NCBI GenBank assembly: GCA_017847835.1
Contig: JAGASH010000001.1
Coordinates: forward strand, 7,270 to 71,269
DNA: 64,000 nt
Origin: Oscillospiraceae bacterium
Lineage (GTDB): Bacteria > Bacillota > Clostridia > Oscillospirales > Ruminococcaceae
Direction of reading: 5' to 3'
Positions 57,229 through 64,000 of the stretch are shown here, one piece after another. The position numbers and the translations under genes were made by a program. Each line of letters opens with the position of its first letter. Positions within the stretch are counted from its first letter, which is position 1. The notes beneath the pieces are model-generated. The model was not told the DNA's origin, searched no databases, and worked only from the letters and a program-made list of their open reading frames with translations.

Positions 57229-59964
57229 TTATTCGCAAGAACACTTTGCTTTTTCACAGGCAACAGCAAGACGTTTCAGGCGCTCTGTAAGGATTTCCCA
57301 GTCGGCGGGTTTTGTGATGAAATCCGCTGCTCCCGCACGCAGACATTTGAGCTGAGTTTCCTTGTTGTCGTCGGAGCTGTACATCACCACGGGAATGTGG
57401 CTGTAAAGAGCGTTTGAACGCAGCTTTTTGAGAAGTGAAATTCCGTCTGAACCGCTGAGATTGAGGTCAAGCAGGATAACGTGAGGCAAATCGGGCACCG
57501 TTTTATTTTCCTGCGCAGCCGAGGTCATAGAATTTAGCATTTCAAGCGCTTCCTCGGCGGACTGTTTTACGGTAATTTTTCCGAAGCCGTCGCGAAGCAT
57601 TCTCTTTACAAGACTTCTGTACATAAGGTCGTCGTCAACGTAAAGTACGTTAAGCCCGCAGCATTCGGTCTTTTCCTCGGGCGGTTTAAGAGCGGCACCG
57701 ATACGGTCGAGAAGCTCGCTGTATTCTTTCAGCAGCGCTTCGGTATTTTCGAGAATGAAATCGGTTTCGTTGTTTCGCGCAGCCATTTCAAGCGCGAGAG
57801 CGTGGTCGGAAAGCTCACCCGCGCCGATTGTCCGAGAGCCGCTTTTCAGCGCGTGGACTTGAATGCGGTAGTTCTCGAAATCCTTCTCCTTGTAATAATT
57901 CCTGATATCTTCCAGACGGTTTTCGGAATAATATGTGTTGACGATATTCAGGTAAAGCTCCTCGCTGTTGAGGCAGAAAGCCATAGCCGATTTGATATCC
58001 AGAAACTCCGAAAGCCTCTCAACAGCGCCGTTTTCAAAGAAGCTCGGTTCGTTGTCAATGGACCGGTCGAATGTTTCGGGCTGGATAAGGTTCTGAGGAA
58101 GATATTTCTTCACTGCTTCGAGAAGCTGACGGCTGGAAACGGGCTTTGACAGATAGTCGTCGAAGCCTGCGTTGAGGTAAATGCTCTTTTCTCCGGGCAC
58201 GGCATTTGCGGTTATCACGAGGATAGGCACACCCTGACAGAGATTTTGCTTTTTAATGGTTTTGAGCGTTTCCATTCCGTCCATAAGCGGCATCATATGG
58301 TCGAGGATTATCAGGTCGTACTTGTAGCGGCTGATAAGCTCCAGCGCTTCGACGCCGTTTACTGCGGTATCGATTTGAATTTTTGTATCTTTCAGACTGC
58401 CGCGATAGAGCTCCAGATTCATACTGTTGTCGTCAACAGCGAGCAGTCTAGCCGACGGCGCGGTAAATCCCGCACGAAGCGTGTCCTTCTCGGGAATGGC
58501 GCAAAACGCATCAATCTCACCCATAGGCGCAGGGTCTACAACCCCCTGAAGCAGGCGGAATTTGATAGAAGTGCCTTTTCCGTACTCACTTTCAATACTG
58601 AGGCTGCTTCCCATCATAGCGAGAAGCTTTGTGACAATGGTAAGACCGAGACCAAGTCCCTGAATATGCTGAGTACGCTTTTTGTTTGCACGGTGGAAAG
58701 CCGAGGTTATTCGCTCAATATCCTCGGCGCGAAGACCGATACCCGTATCGGTGACTTCTGCGTTTATCCAGCCCGAAAACTCGGTTTTCTGCTCCCATTT
58801 TATCACAATTCCGATATGACCGAAATCCGTGTATTTAACGGAGTTTGACAGCAGGTTGCTGAAAACTCTTGTTATGCGGGCGCTGTCGCCGTGAAGCGTT
58901 TTAGGCATTGAAGAATCAATGCTGACCTGCATTTCAATGTCTTTTTTCTCGGCAAAGTACTTTCCGCAAGTCATAATATCCGAAACCATTGAAGCTGTGG
59001 AGTAGTTTGCTTCTTCGAGATTTATGCTGCCCGATTCCATTTGGGTATAGTCCATCATATCGTTTATCATGGACAAAAGCGTTTTTCCCGCGCTTTGAAT
59101 ATTCGTGCAGTAATGTGCGATATCATCCTTTTCTGTATCTCTCAGCACCATATCGTTGTATCCGAGAATTGCGTTAATGGGAGTACGGATTTCGTGCGAG
59201 ATATTTGAAAGGAAGTCGGTTTTCGCCTGGCTCGCCGTCTGAGCTGCCGCCATAGCTTCTTCAGCCTCGTCGCGGGTTTGGCGCAGCTCGTCCATAGTTT
59301 TTGTGAGCGCCTGATAGTCGGGCGTTTCCATCGCGAACATAAGCAGCATAAGTCCGATAGAAACCGTAAACAGGATAAACAGCACTTCGGGGTTGAGAAT
59401 TTGCACAACCGGTCCTGTTGAAAGAACGAGAATATAAAGAAAAATGGAAATGCGCTGTTTTTTTGTGAATTTTTTGAAATTAATCAGCATCATTCCTGCC
59501 GTGAGGGACTCCTCGACAATCGGCAAAATGTGGACAACCATATAAATAGGACCGTGCTGATAGCCGTCCTCGTTGAAGGAGAACACAAATCCCGTGAATA
59601 TGTTTGCAACCAGCATAGCTCCGCATAGACTCGCAAGCACGCCGGCAATCTGTGGGATATGCCATATGTCCTTTGTGCCAAAGGTCGCGCACGCGCAGTA
59701 CATCACGAAAACGTATTCCATAACGATATCTGTGGCAAAATATATCGTGTTTAGCGTCACATTTGCCCATATCGGCACAAATTGATGATAGCTTATGGTA
59801 ACCGCGGTTATTACGTCCATAATAACCGCTAAAAGCATCATCGCGGCAAGCCGTCGGAAATACTTGTTGCTCTGAGAATTATTTGAAAACTGAAGTCTTA
59901 TGTAGATGTTCAGGACAACAAGGTAAGCAATAGCCGCCGCCTCAAAGTAGATGTTATACTTCAT
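57229..59964 (-). CDS. Hybrid sensor kinase (7TM-HisKA-HATPase-REC-Hpt-REC)
   Basis: SHEIRTP, NLLSNSVKYT, GLGLGL, LDHMMP, HALKSG. Confidence 0.94.
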   Translation of the reverse strand: MKYNIYFEAAAIAYLVVLNIYIRLQFSNNSQSNKYFRRLAAMMLLAVIMDVITAVTISYHQFVPIWANVTLNTIYFATDIVMEYVFVMYCACATFGTKDIWHIPQIAGVLASLCGAMLVANIFTGFVFSFNEDGYQHGPIYMVVHILPIVEESLTAGMMLINFKKFTKKQRISIFLYILVLSTGPVVQILNPEVLFILFTVSIGLMLLMFAMETPDYQALTKTMDELRQTRDEAEEAMAAAQTASQAKTDFLSNISHEIRTPINAILGYNDMVLRDTEKDDIAHYCTNIQSAGKTLLSMINDMMDYTQMESGSINLEEANYSTASMVSDIMTCGKYFAEKKDIEMQVSIDSSMPKTLHGDSARITRVFSNLLSNSVKYTDFGHIGIVIKWEQKTEFSGWINAEVTDTGIGLRAEDIERITSAFHRANKKRTQHIQGLGLGLTIVTKLLAMMGSSLSIESEYGKGTSIKFRLLQGVVDPAPMGEIDAFCAIPEKDTLRAGFTAPSARLLAVDDNSMNLELYRGSLKDTKIQIDTAVNGVEALELISRYKYDLIILDHMMPLMDGMETLKTIKKQNLCQGVPILVITANAVPGEKSIYLNAGFDDYLSKPVSSRQLLEAVKKYLPQNLIQPETFDRSIDNEPSFFENGAVERLSEFLDIKSAMAFCLNSEELYLNIVNTYYSENRLEDIRNYYKEKDFENYRIQVHALKSGSRTIGAGELSDHALALEMAARNNETDFILENTEALLKEYSELLDRIGAALKPPEEKTECCGLNVLYVDDDLMYRSLVKRMLRDGFGKITVKQSAEEALEMLNSMTSAAQENKTVPDLPHVILLDLNLSGSDGISLLKKLRSNALYSHIPVVMYSSDDNKETQLKCLRAGAADFITKPADWEILTERLKRLAVACEKAKCSCE

Positions 59965-59979
59965 CGGCGAATACCCCTG

Positions 59980-60366
59980 TTATTTCTTTACATCGGAAAG
60001 CAGCTGAGCTACTCTTTCGGACAGCTCCTCGGGCAAAAACGGCTTTTTGAGGTAAGAAGTAACCCCGAGTCTTATTGCCTCTTTGACTGTATCGGGAGTT
60101 GCGGTAGCTGTGAGGAACATTACGGGTATTTTCATCAGCTTTTCGGAATGACGAATGCTGGACAGCGTTTTAAATCCGTTGAGAAGCGGCATTTCGATAT
60201 CCAGAAGAATGCAGTCTACGGGGGGATTGCTTTCATCGCGCAGATATTCCAGACAGCGTTTTCCCGACTCCACGGAAACGACCTCGTAATCCAGATTTGT
60301 CAGAATAAACTCACACATCATCAGTATAAGTTTATCATCGTCCACAACCATAATTCTTTTCTTCAT
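59980..60366 (-). CDS. Single-domain response regulator
   Basis: VVDDD, LLDIEMP, FLTA, KKPF. Confidence 0.92.
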   Translation of the reverse strand: MKKRIMVVDDDKLILMMCEFILTNLDYEVVSVESGKRCLEYLRDESNPPVDCILLDIEMPLLNGFKTLSSIRHSEKLMKIPVMFLTATATPDTVKEAIRLGVTSYLKKPFLPEELSERVAQLLSDVKK

Positions 60367-60368
60367 TT

Positions 60369-62582
60369 TTACTTATCTCCCTCGGAATTATTGCTGAAAA
60401 GATAATTGTTCGCGGCTTTTTCCAAGCTGTGACAGCAGTCTATCAGCATTCTGTGATTTTCGCGTATATAGGTAATTTCGCCTGATTTAACGTGTTTTTC
60501 CATTTTTGCCGCAAGATATGAAAGTCTTTCTCCGCCGACTGTTTTTGAAGTGCTTTTCAGACCGCAGCAAAGCCGCTCGTAAGTGCTCCAGTCGTTGTTT
60601 CTGAAAGCATTGTCGAGCTGAATTGCTCTAGTGTCGATATCAACCATACAGAGTATCTTTCGGTACAGCGACCTGTCACCGCAGCACCATTTAAGACCTG
60701 CTTCGCTGTCAAATTCGGGAATATCGTCCGAGCGCGAGGAGCTCTTTTTCTTGGGACTGGGAGTATCCTCTGCGGGGATAATAAGGTCGGACGGGAGATA
60801 TTCCATAAGAAGCTGTTCCAGCAAATCGCTCTGAACAGGCTTTGCGAGGTAATCCGCAAAACCGAGCTGTGTATATTCTTCCTTTGCGCCTGCCATAGCG
60901 TTTGCCGTAAGCGCGATAACGGGCACGTTGTGGTTCGGGCAGTCAACCAGCTTACGCATATAGTTGAACGTCTGAACGCCGTCCATTTCCGGCATAACGT
61001 GGTCCATAAAAATCAAGTCATAGCTGTTTTTCTGAACAAGACCAAGACATTCTCTTCCGCTGTATGCAGCGTCGACGCGAACCTTTGTGCTTTTCAGCAG
61101 TCCCTTCAGAACGTCAATATTCAGCTTTACATCGTCCACGACAAGAATTCTTGCCGCGGGAGCCTGAAAACGCTCGTGATATTCTTGGGTTATTTCCGTG
61201 GAGCTTCGTTTGTTCGGTGTGAAATAACCCATCGGTGTTTTTGAAGCGACAAGCTGCGGTATTTCAAAGCGGAATTCCGAGCCTACTCCAAGAGTGCTCT
61301 CGACGCTGATTTTTCCTTTCATCTTTTCGACAAGCCGCTTTGTGATACTAAGTCCCAGACCGGTGCCCTCGATGTTTTTGGTGTTTGTTTCGTCAAGACG
61401 GTTGAAGTCGCTGAAAAGTTCCTGCTGGTTTTCGGGTGAAATACCCATACCTGTATCTCGGACGCTGACCTTCAGAATAATCTCCTCCTCGGAAACCTTT
61501 TCGCAGCCAAGCGTCATTGTAATCTTACCCGCAGAGGTGTACTTAACCGCATTTGTCAGCAGGTTGATTATCATCTGTCTTACGCGGATTTCATCTCCGA
61601 CAAGCCTTGACGGGATTGACGGGTCGTTTTTAACCTCCAGAAGCAGGTTTTTCTTTTCCGCGCGCATAATTATGATATTGTAGCAGTCGTTCATCAGCTG
61701 ATGAATACTGTATTCCTCGGGGAAAAGCTCCAGCTTTCCCGACTCAATCTTTGAGAAGTCAAGCACGTCGTTGATTGTGGCGAGAAGAAGCTGTCCCGCA
61801 GACTGAATATTTGTGGCATATCCGAGAATTGTTTCGTCGCTGCTCTCGCGGAGTATCATCTCGTCCATACCGAGCACGGCGTTGATAGGAGTTCTGATTT
61901 CGTGGGACATACGCACAAGGAAGTCGGTTTTTGCCGCGTTTGACTTGTCGGCAAGCTTCATTGCCTGTCGGAGCTGTTCTTCCTGTTTGAGCATTTTCGC
62001 CTGCTGACGGTCGAACACATAAGCCTGATATTTGATTGCCATTCCGAGAATAACCGCGACAACCAGCGCAACCTGAAGGCTGTCGAGAACAATCCACTGC
62101 GTCAGATTGTCCTCAGCGGGAGCGACAAACCACTCCGGAAAGAAATATTGAGTTGTAAAGCAGCCGACCGTAACCAGAGTGTTGAGAATGAACATTACAA
62201 TGCACATTGCTCCCTCGCTTACCATCCACGGGTAAATCAGCCCGAAGGCAAGCCAGATTGGCATTCCGCTGTATACACCGCCGTTGGTGTAAAACAGCAG
62301 CGGGAACAAAATGATATTGATAACAATGAAAACAATCATTGTTCCTGCTTTTCTCTTTTTGAGAACCGCAGAAACAAAAAATGCAAAAATCTGCATAATC
62401 AGAGCGGAAACCGACAAAATCTTGCTCTCAAAACTGTTGTTGAGAACAAACGCGGCAGTAACGGTAAAAAATCCTCCGATTATGCTTATTGCGAGCAGCA
62501 TATTCTGGAGCTTGTGCTTTATATCGAAACCGTCGCCCATTATGAGCTCGTGAAGATATCTGACAAATCTCGGTTTTTTCAA
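60369..62582 (-). CDS. Hybrid sensor kinase (TM-HisKA-HATPase-REC-degenerate Hpt)
   Basis: SHEIRTP, NLLTNAVKYT, GTGLGL, FMDHVMP; the Hpt-like region reads CCGLKST. Probable TTG start at 62582. Confidence 0.92.
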   Translation of the reverse strand: MKKPRFVRYLHELIMGDGFDIKHKLQNMLLAISIIGGFFTVTAAFVLNNSFESKILSVSALIMQIFAFFVSAVLKKRKAGTMIVFIVINIILFPLLFYTNGGVYSGMPIWLAFGLIYPWMVSEGAMCIVMFILNTLVTVGCFTTQYFFPEWFVAPAEDNLTQWIVLDSLQVALVVAVILGMAIKYQAYVFDRQQAKMLKQEEQLRQAMKLADKSNAAKTDFLVRMSHEIRTPINAVLGMDEMILRESSDETILGYATNIQSAGQLLLATINDVLDFSKIESGKLELFPEEYSIHQLMNDCYNIIIMRAEKKNLLLEVKNDPSIPSRLVGDEIRVRQMIINLLTNAVKYTSAGKITMTLGCEKVSEEEIILKVSVRDTGMGISPENQQELFSDFNRLDETNTKNIEGTGLGLSITKRLVEKMKGKISVESTLGVGSEFRFEIPQLVASKTPMGYFTPNKRSSTEITQEYHERFQAPAARILVVDDVKLNIDVLKGLLKSTKVRVDAAYSGRECLGLVQKNSYDLIFMDHVMPEMDGVQTFNYMRKLVDCPNHNVPVIALTANAMAGAKEEYTQLGFADYLAKPVQSDLLEQLLMEYLPSDLIIPAEDTPSPKKKSSSRSDDIPEFDSEAGLKWCCGDRSLYRKILCMVDIDTRAIQLDNAFRNNDWSTYERLCCGLKSTSKTVGGERLSYLAAKMEKHVKSGEITYIRENHRMLIDCCHSLEKAANNYLFSNNSEGDK

Positions 62583-62873
62583 GCTGTTTTCCCGCCTTTC
62601 ACATAAAGGGTATAAACGCACATAGTAATTGTATCATATTTTTGCAAATATTTCAACATAGATTTGTAAAAAAATGAAAAAATATTAAGAAAATTTAAAT
62701 ATTTTTTTGCACTGTTGACAAGCAAACGAGCGTTATCCACAATATATGCAAACAAGCGGCTTCGGAGCATTTTCCCCTCGGTGCCTAAATAAAAAAACTC
62801 CCTGCAAAAGAATAAGCAGGGAGCGTTTTTTCGGTAAAAACGAGTATGGTTTTCAAATCGTAATTTGCGAAAA

Positions 62874-63131
62874 TCAGAGATTTTCCGAGAAGAATTTCTC
62901 CATTTCCGCCGCAGCTTTTTCCTCGTCCGAGCCCTCGACAGTCACCGTGACGGTTTCGCCGCATTTTACACCAAGTCCCATAAGCGCCATAAGCTTTGTT
63001 GCCGAGGCGGTTTTGCCGTTTCTGTCAACGGTGATAACGCTTTCAAACTCCTTTGCCTTTTTCACGAGAAGACCTGCGGGTCTTGCGTGAATGCCAACCT
63101 CGTCCTTTATGGTATAAGTGAATGATTTCAT
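62874..63131 (-). CDS. ptsH: Phosphocarrier protein HPr
   Basis: GIHARPA, SATKLMALMGLG; ATG at 63131. Confidence 0.93.
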   Translation of the reverse strand: MKSFTYTIKDEVGIHARPAGLLVKKAKEFESVITVDRNGKTASATKLMALMGLGVKCGETVTVTVEGSDEEKAAAEMEKFFSENL

Positions 63132-63153
63132 TTCAAAATTCCTTTCGTTTTGA

Positions 63154-64000
<847 letters not shown>

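Noticed and set aside
62733-62741. Perfect DnaA box TTATCCACA
   Set aside because: Isolated single box with no cluster or dnaA context.

Overview
Gut Clostridia-type DNA (Ruminococcaceae/Oscillospiraceae-like, judged from gene content, Firmicutes RBS and sigma-A promoters) with three zones. (1) 1-9 kb: a truncated SIR2 + P-loop NTPase gene, then an agr-like quorum-sensing locus (agrB, an unannotated agrD, XRE, LytTR regulator, GHKL kinase). Its 20-bp-period direct-repeat box recurs in front of a secreted protein and ABC transporter operon. (2) About 9-36.7 kb: an integrative island. It has an XRE gene, a tyrosine integrase, a ~550-nt highly structured non-coding leader (long-range helices, probable pseudoknot), a solo MazF and three serine-recombinase genes. 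The cargo that follows is mostly AT-rich and defence-related: a frameshifted ADP-ribosyltransferase, a DpnII-like R-M system with a TIR cassette nested inside, a stand-alone Hint domain, DUF2971, type I Thoeris with extra TIRs, an ATPase + TOPRIM pair and a rhuM remnant. Several cargo blocks are separated by recurring intergenic modules. (3) 36.8-64 kb: host backbone with sulfur amino-acid genes (metY/cysK/Rrf2 and metNIQ, sharing an operator, each with a Met/Cys-containing leader peptide), a PP2C phosphatase, algI/algJ-like genes, an ECF sigma, a deleted STAS remnant, RsbW-like, GGDEF, GntR-ABC, hybrid kinases, HPr and a PTS gene. All calls come from reading the sequence by eye; no database searches or folding programs were run.
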